DNA of 59,081 bases, filler included, from Dugesia japonica (Eukaryota), in assembly GCA_001938525.1 (NCBI GenBank). It is 5 parts of 5 records of this genome, joined end to end, with 100 filler letters (N's around TTAATTAATTAA, not from the genome) between each part and the next. Parts side by side here need not be neighbours in the genome. Positions count along the whole stretch, not along the records: positions 14,186 to 25,890 come from MQRL01643900.1; positions 25,991 to 36,617 come from MQRL01578011.1; 3 more parts are not named here. One strand, given 5' to 3'. Shown piece after piece: positions 23,701 through 35,534 of this stretch. Position 1 is the stretch's first letter; the number at the start of each line of letters is the position of its first letter. A program made the position numbers and the translations under genes. The notes beneath the pieces are model-generated. The model ran no database searches. It had not been told where the DNA came from and was given only the letters and a program-made list of their open reading frames with translations.

Positions 23701-25034
23701 CTACCCCTGGAGTAATTTTTTAAATAAGATCCTTAATTTCTGTTTTTTTTATTGCGAAGTTGTTTTTACATTAAAATAATTTCATATCGTCCATTAGTAA
23801 GGTTTTTATATTTTTTATCCAGTTGAAAATTGTATGTTATGTTATATAAATTTAAATGAAATACCTTGTGTAAAAATATTCAGTAAAATTATGATGAAAA
23901 TGTCAGATTGTTACAAAAAATATATTAGAGACTCTATGGGACTTTATGTTTGTAGATTAGTTGAATTTGATGGAGCTGATTTATCAACTTCAATCTTAAC
24001 AGAGTTGACTGTGACGTTTAGTTCGGCCACTTCTAATTGACTTTATTTTTTGATATTACTATTGACGGATAGTAATCTTTTTCAATTTGTATGTGATCAA
24101 TAAATTGGTTACAAATTTTCTAATATCACTTGTATGTAATTATGAGATATTCCTTGTATTATTTTNTTTCTCTTCTAATTGCGTGTACATCAATTATACC
24201 AATTCATTTTTTATGTGGCATGTGATTCATTTACTTGTATATTTTAGAAAATACAAGATTTTGTTGGATTTTTTTCAGAGCTTGTTGATTTTGAAATAAC
24301 TATTTCAACATTAGATTAATTGGAATACTGAAGACATTTTACTTGTCATTTCTGATTCGGATAAAAACTCAAATGACCATTTTCATTGGAGTAGAAAAAA
24401 TTATGGGCGAGATTGTTTAGGAAAAAATACAACGTAAAAAATATGAAAATCAATTCGGAATTAGTAATATTGAGATATTTTCTACATTGATTTTCATGCC
24501 TGGCTTTAAAATGAGTATAATATTAATGTCAGTTTAATTGATCAATGGTAATTATGAAAATGATGGTCAAATCATTTTGTCTAGTAATAATTAACCGAAA
24601 TAGTGATCGGTCTACTTTTGTTGTTGACTATGAAATTGCCTATTTGAATTTCAACCAATATATAGTTATGTAAATCATAAAAGAAATACAAAATAATTGG
24701 AAAATATTTTCTTTTTGGGTATTTTGGTTTTATTTAATTAAATATTTATTAATATTTATTTATTTATTAAATATTTATTAATATTTATTTATTTATTAAA
24801 TATTTATTATCAACATTAGATATGCCATCTTCAGGCAAACTGTTTTTAGGTAGTCGTAGTAATATTGCAGAACATAATATTCAGTGCCAATCAGTTAGAA
24901 ATATTATTAATTTCAAAATTTTGTGCAGGAATTTTAAAAATTATTGAGAAAGAATCATGATCTAAAAATTAATATTCAAATTGGTCTTTCTAAATCTTTA
25001 TTTAATTTGATTTTTATTGATTTATATATATATA

Positions 25035-25890
25035 CAGGGTGTACGAGTAGAATTGGCGCTATTTTCTAAATGTAAAATCTTATAAAAGAAATGCATTTAT
25101 ATCATTATTTTTATTGATAAATTTAATGCGATTAATTCTTTATTCAAAAATGGAAATATTACAACATTTCAACAAATTTCAGTGGCCCGAAGAATAGAAA
25201 AGAAAGGTCACAATGTATGCCATATGTGCCGGAATGCCCAACAATGATATTTGTGAGAAATTGAAGTTGTCTATGAGAACAATTCAAAGAATCAGGAAGC
25301 AGTTGGTTGATTCAGATTTTAACGTCGAGTTAAAAACCCAAAATTCATTGAAGATGTGAAGCAACTCGTTGACTATGACACATCCATTTCAATGCTTGAA
25401 ATTTCTCGACAAAAAGGCATCTGCGACAACACTATAAGACTCTATATGGAAGAAGATATTCGCTACAAGTCATATAAGATGCGGAAGGGACAGATTCTAA
25501 CAAAAAAATTGAAAATGAGGCGTCTGTTGAAGAGCAAGAAACTTTTCTGGAAAAGATTAAACATCCACTGAAGCAAAAAATGTTATGGTTTTTTTCGGAT
25601 GAGAAATAGTTTTGTCAGGATCAGGCAAACAATACGCAAAATAACAGATGACTAGCTGTGAGTCCCGACAATGTGCCCAGAGTCATGAAAACCAAATTTC
25701 CAGCACATCTGATGTTTTTTAGTGTTGTTAGTAGTGAAGGTGATGTTATGGCTCCATATTTCATCGAGGAAGGTCTAATGGTGAATCAGGTTATGTATCA
25801 AAATATTTTTTCCACTGTCATAAAACCTTGAATAAAAAGGAAATCTTACGTGTTTCAACAAGATTCAGCTCCAGCACACACGGCCAGGAA
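25035..25890 (+). mobile_element. Tc1/mariner transposon, maT (DD37D)-like, truncated by the contig end
   Basis: TA|CAGGGTG start; FFSDEK, QNNR.LA, MKTKFPAHLM, VVSSEG, YVFQQDSAPAHTA. Confidence 0.85.
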
Positions 25891-27140
25891 NNNNNNNNNN
25901 NNNNNNNNNNNNNNNNNNNNNNNNNNNNNNNNNNTTAATTAATTAANNNNNNNNNNNNNNNNNNNNNNNNNNNNNNNNNNNNNNNNNNNNCGTTGTACAT
26001 TGTAATCTTTCATTACGAATATTGCTTCATTACAAATTAAACATAAAACTCGACCTTGTTTTCTTTTAGGGATATCAATTCTAACTCCTATATGACCACC
26101 GGTTTTTGTCAGAAATTTGTTTTCAGAACAATTGTGTAAAAGCATGGTACTACATCTGGAAAGAAAATATTGAACCGAATATGCAAAATAATTTTACGTA
26201 GCTAAAATTATTCTAACTATAAATTGAAAGATATGTTTGATTAACATAATCTAACCTGAAAATTCATCAGTATAAACACAAAATATGATGCCTAGCCTTT
26301 GATAATAATTTAACTTTGAACTAAATGTAGCAGTAAAAATTAAATTACTTTAAATAAACAGTGATTTTATTATAGTTATTTTCTATAATTTTTATTAAGT
26401 AAAAATATAAAATTCATTTCGGTTACTAATTACAGTAAGTTATATTTTTTTAAAAAACTCAATAGATGTCTAAATATTATTTTTTATGACTTTTCTCTAG
26501 AATAATCTGCGGACCACATGTCGGACAACCCGTTTTAAACAATCACTATTTTTCTTTATTTATTTGAAATTATTTTTAATAAAGTTTTTAGAATCACAAA
26601 TTAATTTTAAATAATTTACTCATATTGAAATTTTGTTCATAAAAATAAACAATTTGTATTATAAATTTTTTATCTCAAATTAATAAAAGCATATTTGTTT
26701 TAGAAAACACTTAGATTTATTAATCAATTAAATTTATTGCTTACCGTTTCTGATTCATAAATTTAAATATTTCCCCTAATTATATATTAGCAATACAAAT
26801 AGAACTGTAAATAATTAAATAAATAAATAATTTATTTTAAGTAAAAATATGTAAGATAATATTGGTAAAATAATTATAAAAATAAAGATGCAGAATATTA
26901 TGAATGAACATAATTAGTAAAAAAATAATTTAGATAAGACTAGTTCTGAATCAGTTGCGTATCGCATGGGGGCAGATTAGTGCATAATCTTTAATCTACA
27001 ATTCTAACCAAATCAAAATATTAAAAATGCTATTAAAAATACCAAATTTATAATATTAGCCATTTATTAAGATTCGAAAATCAATATATTCGAATTTAAA
27101 TAATTTTATACAATTAGTCCTTTTATCAGACGTTCTTAAA

Positions 27141-27362
27141 ATGGCTAGAACTAAAACCAGGCGTAGGAGTAAAACGAGAAAATCTTCTAATATGAAATCT
27201 AAACGCAGAAGGAGAAACATTAGAAGACAAAAGAAGAAAGAGTCACAAGTTGTTCAACAACCGGCTCCATCTTTCAATCCTTTAGTCAATCCAATAGTAA
27301 TAAATCGTCCTCTTCCTCCACAAAATACAGCTGGTGTAAGATATAGACCTATAAATCTATAA
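27141..27362 (+). CDS. Small Arg/Lys-rich protamine-like protein (73 aa)
   Basis: Intact intronless ATG-TAA ORF in AAAATGG context, GC-richer than its flanks; MARTKTRRRSKTRKSSNMKSKRRRRNIRRQKKK followed by a Pro-rich tail. Confidence 0.6.
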   Translation: MARTKTRRRSKTRKSSNMKSKRRRRNIRRQKKKESQVVQQPAPSFNPLVNPIVINRPLPPQNTAGVRYRPINL

Positions 27363-29927
27363 AAATGGAATTATTAATTTCTATGTAAAAAATTTTATTT
27401 GTAATTTAATTTTAAAGAAAAATAATAGAAATATGTAGAAAACTTTTTTATGATTATTTATCTATCTATTTTGTCCTAAATTTATTTTAATAATTAAATG
27501 AATTTAATATTTATAAAATGAAATCACTTAATTCTAAATACGTTCTTGTAAGTAATCATTAGGAAAACTGAAAATAATTACTGTTTATTTAATTTATGTT
27601 TTAATTGTTCAAAGCTGGTATGTTTAATGTACGACCCGCTTGTCCGATCTGGTTCACTTCATGATTTTATCCGGCTCTCGAAATAATTTCATAAGTCAGC
27701 CAAAGAATTTGGTGTAATATATATTTTCCTGCCGTGGTTTCGACTAAGTTGCACATGCTTGGACTAAATAAACACATTTGAAATCATTTGAATTATTCTG
27801 CCACTCCCAACAATCATGATACATTTCCAAAAATGTCTCTTGAAATAACCCCGAAAAATTCTCTACTATTTTTAAATTCCAGCTATAAGTCAATCCCACG
27901 ATTTGATGTAATATTTATTTTTCGGCACAACCACGACTAATTTACACATGACTGATTTAAACAGTAATTATAAATTACTTAGGAAATCCAATGCATAAGT
28001 GACTAAATTTATACGAACCTTCTTTTATGGTTCACAAAATAGAATTATTGCTTTTAAGGAATCTTTTCGAATGGGTTCTGCTATTTAAAAGAAATTAGTT
28101 CACTAGAATTATTTTAATAACACGTATTCTTTTATTATAAAAACAAATAAATCACAACCTCCTTTTTTAGGAGTTGGTCGTATATTTGGGATTTGGCTTT
28201 TTTCTCTCGTTGGACATCGCATTTTGCATTGTTTTGAGTCTATAACAGATGGTTTTACATCGCTGGTCAAAATTGTCAAATATGTAGCACTAATGATTGA
28301 TTTGTCAATCGTTTCTTTATGGTTATTAAATTCTGCATTAAATGTATTAACTTGAAGAACATTTCCAGGAATTAATTTTTTACCGTCATTTTATTTTAAT
28401 TATAATTAATGAGAAACTTTCTTTCATCTACGGTTTTATAAATCTTTTTTAAGTAACCCTCTCTGTTCTGTTTTTACTATTGCCAAATAATTAGTATTGT
28501 ACTCTTATTTTATGCCTTATTTAGTTTTGGAATCTATCTTCTCTAAATGTACTCTCTCTTCGTTTTAAATAACTTTTATGCTGTACCCCATTTTATTTCC
28601 CTGCCTTTTCTCAGCCCATTGCAAGCAATTTGCCCCACATTTCTCTATATCTTTATCCATATTAGTTCATTTATGATTTTTTGATATTAGTCAATGTTCA
28701 GCATTTGGATGGCCTAATTGTCTGTGAAAATATTTTAAAATATTATTGAGATTGTTTTCATTATATTTCCTATGGGAATGTTTTAATTCATTGATTTTTC
28801 GATAACTTTTACCATATGAATTGTTGGATATTTCTACTCAACAAGTTAATTTATGGTCCGTTAATTTAAAATTATTGAATGAAAAATATGTTTATGAGTT
28901 TATGGGTGTAGATTTTTTCCGTTGTATGTTGATACAGTTATTATATAACAAATATAATTATTCAAAATATAGATATAGTAATATTTGTGTAACTTCCATA
29001 TATAAATAAAATAATCAATACCTTTTAAAATTTATTTTTGGTGTATAAAAGATAAAATGTGCTTATACGCTATCCAAATCCTTATCAGCTAATTTTAAAT
29101 CAAACTGGAGCTGCTTCCCACAAAGGTCAGAGTCCAGATGGCAATTTTTACTGAAAAATAAGTAAAAACGATCATTATTTATACTGATTTGATTATGCAT
29201 ATTATACTAGTTTACATGCAAAACTATGAAAATAATTACAGAAAATAATTTACATGCATGAATTTTTCTCACTAAAATCGATTTATTTTTCTTACCAAAA
29301 TAAAATAATTATGAACTGATTTATTACTCTCACCAAAATAAATCTAGAATTATTTACATATGAAAAATTTAGGTTAATTGTTACTAAGTGCGATATTATC
29401 TGCAAATTAAATAAATAAAAATAAAAGTGCAGTATAATTTACAAATTAAATAAAAATAAAATAAAACAAAATATTAAAATGATGATCAATGTTAATTCAA
29501 AGTCTGATCAAAGATATACATTCTCGGACTAAGATCTGAGCATCCACTTGATTGTTGATTGAAAACTGATTATTTGTTTTGTTAACTGTTTCTGTTTCTG
29601 TGGTCTTTGTTTTTATGTTTCGTAGTTGCTTAATTGTATGCTTTTATGTGATCTCAATAGAATCACTCTTATTTTACTTTGAAACTTTGACATTTTATCT
29701 AGTTTCTATGTCGATATATATTATTTCTCATTATTCGCATTGAAATTCTCTGGTAAATGTATCTACGTTTGCTTGCAATTCCACTATTTGATGCTAGATT
29801 TCAAAATCATTAGTTCATTAATCTAGGAGTAATGTGATCCATTTTGTCTTTTCCAAATAAACATTCATGTTAAACTTTCATGATATGTGCGAATAATAAA
29901 TTTCTTTCCCAGTAAATAAAGCTTATA

Positions 29928-30459
29928 CAAGTAACCCTCCTAAAACGCGGTAAATAGGTTCCTAAAATATGCCGCGTTGTAAGAAATCGTGTTGTAGGGG
30001 ACGTTAACTCTATACAAAAATCAGAGTTTGATTCCAAATCGCAAAATTGGTTTTTATAAATACTTACTACATTTTTGTTTTTTATTGAGTTTTAACAACA
30101 TAATTTGATAACACCTCATTTTCTTTTAAACAAAAACAAAACAAAATAAAATAAAAATAGAATTTAAAAGCTACTTAACATATTCAAGTTGTAATGAATC
30201 AAAATAAAAATAAAACGATAGCTTTCAACAATTCTAAATACACTCCCCTCATTACATAGTCTCACTATGCTCCTATATTAATCTTCTATTGATTTAGCAA
30301 CAATTTCTTGAATGACTATTTCCGGCAATAGTGCTTTCCGAAATAATTGCGCTACATATAAAAATAATTCCGTGAAAATCGCGTTGTAGGAAACTTTTCG
30401 CATTTTGCCTTGTAGCGAAATCGCGTTATAGAAGTTCCACGTTGTAGGAGCGTTACTTT
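29928..30459. mobile_element. Non-autonomous pogo/Tigger-like MITE
   Basis: TA|CAAGTAACCCTCCTAAAACG ... CGTTGTAGGAGCGTTACTTT|TA imperfect TIRs; internal CGCGTTGTAG repeats near both ends. Confidence 0.7.
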
Positions 30460-30789
30460 TATTTCTTCACAAAGTAGTAAACTGTCAAGAATTTTTTTGT
30501 GGTGATATAATAAATTCTTTCTACCTTCGAAAATTTCTTAGATATGTTGCAAATTGCGTCTTTTTCGTTATCCTGAATTTCGTTTCAAACTCATCCTATT
30601 GCAAAATGACTAACGTATGTATCCTATACACAAATATCATTCCTAATATGTTTTAATGAGTATAAAACAAATATTTTGGAAAACAAATTTTGATAATTAA
30701 AATTTTTTTTCAATTGCAAATAAAAATATAAAAACATTAATTAAATAAAACAACAGAAATACTAATAATTAGCATTTAAGCAAGATTTG

Positions 30790-31420
30790 GCAGGAATGTT
30801 AAGAATGGAAAACACCTGAAAAGGGTGATAAAAATTTTAGGAATTAAAGAAATGAAAAGATTGATGGAGATTTCTCAGATAAGCAAAGATGTATTCGTGG
30901 CGGATAAGTTGGATGTTAGTCAAACATATTTGATAAAACACAAGAGTGTGCTACATGGCAGACCAATTAATATTAAGCAGTACAAATAACCGATACACTT
31001 AGAAGAACAGATTAATGAAGCGACCCATAATTTATTCGTCAATAATATTATTCGTGGACATAATTCGCTGTGGAATGTTCCCTTAAATTGTGTGTGCAAA
31101 AGGCAACATTGACATTCGACTGTGTCTGAATTTCACACAATTGAATGCATTGACAGATATACAAGCGTTTCCTATGCCTAATATTGAAAAAATTCTAGAC
31201 AAATTAAACGGTGCAATAATATTTTGCTCGATAGACTTAGGAAATGTTTATTATTTAAGTGGAATTGAAAGATGTGTCTTAGGTGAAAACAGCATTTTCT
31301 ACCAAATTTAAAACAATAAAGACTTTTGATAAATCTATTTGTGTAAAGAAATTGCACGGTTTCTTAGAAATTTGTAACTACTATAAGAAATTCATAAGGC
31401 AGTATACTAACAAAGCGTGG
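30790..31420 (+). mobile_element. Ty3/Gypsy reverse transcriptase remnant
   Basis: NSLWNVPL, IRLCLNFTQLNALT..AFPMPNIEKILDKLNGA.IFCSIDLG, KTAFST, GFLEICNYYKKFI; the YxDD region is deleted. Confidence 0.88.
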
Positions 31421-32379
31421 AAACCGGAACAGTTATTCAATGGTACCAGTCCGGGACTAAAACCTCAAAAGATTGGTTTGGATTCAAGTTCGGGTTAATC
31501 AAAATAAAAAATGTGAGTTTAGGGTTCGGGTTAAAAATTTTAAAAAACACATGGTACAAACTACAACATCTTTTTTTTCATGTGCCAACCATCTTTAATT
31601 TCAGTATATTTCTATCTCGTTTTAATCTGAACTATTGATAGAAGAGGTGGCATTTTTGTTGCAAATTAATTTGAGAACATTTTCTTTCTTATTTAAAACT
31701 TGTTCAAGAATATCCCCATCTTCTTCCGAAGAACTAGAAATTGATGTTTTTAAAAAAATTCTCTTCTGTTCTCCCCATTTGTAAATTTTTGTGAATTTTA
31801 AAGGTTTTAAAATTTTAATTCTTAGCATTGCAAATATCTTCGAGTTTTGGAATTAATCTAAATCTGCTATCTAGATTTACTGCTACAATAAAAAATTAAT
31901 GAAGCTGTTTTCTCTTCATAAGTAATGTATCAAGAGATCAAACAATTAAATTTCTTATGTAAGCAGTAATTTCATTAAGTTTTTTAAAATAAAATCACTA
32001 AATCAATTATCAAGTACTTTATCGAATCCATTAATTTGATATAAATTTCAATAGGTATATTCTGAAGAATATGTACATCTTATACAAATATAAACAGATG
32101 CCATAAGTGTACATTAAATTATTATTATTATTACCATTATATTATTGTTGAGGTTCCACCTGAGTAGAACAAAAAGGTGGCTGGGGAAAAACAGCCCTNN
32201 NNNNNNNNNNNNNNNNNNNNNNNNNNNNNNNNNNNNNNNNNNNNNNNNGTGTAGAGCGGTTGACCTCTTCTTTATGAGAGGTGCACACTCATACACCTTT
32301 AATTTGGGTCCATACCTTTCCCTTAACTTATACATAAGATTCGAAGAGAACTAGTTGAAAGATTCTATTGACAAAACTA

Positions 32380-32753
32380 TTATATTTCTCCCAACACACT
32401 AGGATCTAACCATTGATCTGGATCGGTAACCAAGAAATCGAAGGCGGCGACATCGTCACATCGAACCCAGGTAGGGTTTCCTAATTGTCGAGAGAGATCG
32501 GATATATATTGCTGGAGGAAATCAATTTTCCTCTGCAGTAACAATTCATTTTTATCCTCCAATGCTTTTGTCTGCACCACCAGGTCGTTCTGTTTTTTCA
32601 CCGCCTGATCAAGTCTTTTGATTAGGCGATTTTGTTGGTCTAAATTCCTGAAGAGTGCTCTGTCAGTTTTCCGCTTAAGATAGTGTTCTATAAGTAGGCG
32701 GCGCAATATGCGATGACATCTGCGGATATTACTAGGAAAAGTGATGCGAGGCA
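32380..32753 (-). CDS. Orphan antisense ORF (basic N-terminus, coiled coil) starting at a splice acceptor
   Basis: Open frame of ~124 codons; ACTAAT branch-like motif, then TTCTTTTAG|TG CCT; no ATG of its own. Confidence 0.55.
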
Positions 32754-32867
32754 CTAAAAGAATTTAAATTAGTAATTGGAAATTTAACAAAAGTGGTCAA
32801 AAACTAAAACCATAATGAATTCATAAGAACTATTAAATGATATATTTATTTACGGAAACGTGCTTGG

Positions 32868-33224
32868 TCATGGTCGAGATGTTTGGGTGCTTTTTTCTAT
32901 CATCAAAGACTTGAGAGGTGTTTTCTCCTTGAGAAATAAGACATTCTTAACCAGTTTATTCTCTCGGTCATGGCTGGACCGGATCATTTCTGCGAAGGAC
33001 TCGACTTGTCTCTTACACACCCGCTCCTGCGTGTGGGAAGCTTCAGCTCCCTTTTGAATGCGATGCATTTTTGTTTGTACTGCTGTACCTTACTATTGAC
33101 GGTGGTTATTTCAGCCTCCCAACGTCGCTTAGCAAGTCGGTAGAGGTCCCAAGTCATTTCTTGGTCCTCGCTGGTGTCTCTCATTTTTTTGTGGGAGCTG
33201 AAGGACGGTTCAGAGAAGAATGCA
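32868..33224 (-). pseudogene. Orphan antisense coiled-coil ORF ending in KSTQT (frameshifted at A-runs)
   Basis: Acceptor TATTTTAG|TG at 33224; ORFs 32984-33184 and 32868-33068 join if one A is added; AATAAA at 32845-32850. Confidence 0.5.
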
Positions 33225-33384
33225 CTAAAATATTATTATTACAATCATTGAAGCACACAACGCTTAAAAATACACCCTTATATTAATATAGAGTGAAATT
33301 TTCTTTTAATGAATTAACAAGGACATAAATCAGATTATCGTTAAGAAGAGACACTTATTTATTTTTAGGTTACAAACAAAGATA

Positions 33385-33737
33385 TCATTGTGAATCAGTA
33401 ATAGTATCAGTATTAGGATCGGTGTTCTCGACATCGTTAACACCGGAGTGCTCTCTCATGCCCCAGAGTAAGTTGGAAATGAAAGCCTGCACCACTGAAG
33501 GTGGGGCCGGATGTTGATAATTAAACGACGTAACATGGTTAGGCGCCGGTCCGTTCCATTGTTGGAAGTGTATTCTCTCACCAAAGCTCTGGATGCGAGC
33601 CACTGTCGCCTCAACAGGTGGTAAATTTGATCTATCCACCAAAATACCTGCATCTCGATTATGCGGATTATGGTTGGTTCTAATAATTACCCGGCAAGTC
33701 CTCCGATCTATTACCTGTTCCCAAACGGATTCCATTT
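33385..33737 (-). CDS. Orphan antisense ORF (116 aa)
   Basis: Acceptor CCTTTTAAATAG|AA ATG; intact frame MESVWEQVIDRR...; AATAAA at 33358-33363. Confidence 0.6.
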
Positions 33738-33818
33738 CTATTTAAAAGGTAATAATAATTATTACTAACAAATTTCATATATGAAAAAATTATACGAGTA
33801 ATGATTCTAAGACAAAAC

Positions 33819-34042
33819 CTATGAATTGGTTTTATATTTCTTTTTATTATTCAACATAATAGAACTGAAGATGGTCAACTTTTTATCTAAGGGGAACATC
33901 TCTGTGAAACATTGGAGATCAGTCTCGTCAGGATGTTCTATTTTGCCATGAGTTAGAACATGGGCTATCAGTTGCCTCGAACGAGCGGCCTGTCGTTGCT
34001 TCTTTATCAGTCTTAAAGCGCGTCGCAACTCTGCGGGCATAG
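33819..34042 (-). CDS. Orphan antisense ORF (73 aa from MPAELRR)
   Basis: Acceptor CTTTCTTTTAG|CT ATG; intact basic frame. Confidence 0.5.
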
Positions 34043-35063
34043 CTAAAAGAAAGATAATCAAACATAAAATAATGGTTTCTGTTCAAATTTAGTACTCCTG
34101 AGATATTTTACGAGGAATGCTCATTAACAATGACACTCGTTACTGGGGTGCGGTGGCGGGGATGGACCGAGGAATGTAACTAGATTTATGTTGCTTTCGA
34201 AAACAAGAGGACGTAACAATGTATTGGAGTACTAGGTCGAATATTGCCAAAGGAAAACTTAGAGTTGATGCAAACATTATTCCTCGCCTAGAATTATTTG
34301 AAGGATGTAGTTAATATATTCCGCAGTGTAGAAGCAAATTACAACGTTCAGGACAGGTTTCTCGTGATGTCGATGAGATTAATAATTCCGATCATAGGAT
34401 CCATGGTTTTAGTATCAAGGTTGCTAGTAATAATGATAACAATAAAACTGGTCATAATAATGATCAATAATATTTCCAACGATGTTGTTAGTGTGAATCA
34501 TAATGATAGAGCTACCCCTACTAAACACCATACTACCCTCCAAAATAATATTTCCAAGGGCGGTGACAATGATGGCCATACTGCTAGTCATAAACAGCGT
34601 TACATATGATTTTTGCCTCAGTACAGAGATAAAACGAGAAGTAATCTTATGGATGAGAATCACCTATATAATAATAACAACGGTAATTATGACAAAGAAT
34701 ATAATAAATCCGGTTAACGCCAATACGATTGGTCATATAATAATAATACCGAGTAATAATTAATAGTGGTAGGGGTTATAATATTATTATCAATATGAAA
34801 AATCGACGATAATTTTAGTACTAGTGAGGGGAATGCTAACTTAATCGGTAATAATAAATTGAATAATGGTGATAATAAAGATAAAAGAAACACATAATTC
34901 TAAATTTTGACCTCACCAATTATGGATGGATCATCATAGTGGCCATCATAAGCAAATTGTCAGTATCACATCGAGGAATATGCTTAAATTCTTAACAGCG
35001 ATGCTAAATATATGACTAATCTTGGAGAGAGTTATATTATGGTTAATTTTTTTTAAAGAGAGG

Positions 35064-35534
35064 TGTGAGTCATTTCTAATAATTCAACTCAATTTACAGC
35101 TCTCTTATTTTGTTTCAATAGTACGTGTCTGATCCTGGTACACGCTAATTATGTGAGTAAGACCACAAAATATTTTCTGCTACACACCGATATTACATCT
35201 CGGGAATGACAGAAACAATTTAGCCATAACCAGAATTTGTGTGTAATTTGTTACTGATGATGATTACGTACTTGAAAAAGATAAAACTATGATAATTGGA
35301 GCAGCTAGATCAATTCCATTAACAGCGACATTACCAGTATGTGATGAACCAGATCTGGACACTATTAATTCCAGTACGAAATTTATACTGTCCCGCGAAA
35401 ACAATTTATCGGACTATTAGCGCAGGCTTGATAAATCGAGTTAGTGGATATTTTTTGCTGGGATTTCCAATTTGCAAATATATGGATATTATTTTTTTCT
35501 ATTATAAAACAACGCACTGGGTGAGATAATCACA
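35064..35534 (+). mobile_element. 3' LTR of an LTR retrotransposon (471 bp) with polypurine tract
   Basis: T-run and PPT AAAGAGAGG (35055-35063) directly followed by TGTGA; ends in TCACA (inverted TG...CA termini). No partner LTR is visible in this contig. Confidence 0.7.

Noticed and set aside
34298-34763. Plus-strand hydrophobic ORFs upstream of the LTR as an env gene
   Set aside because: Ile/Asn-rich ATA/AAT low-complexity translations with no furin site, fusion peptide or coherent frame.
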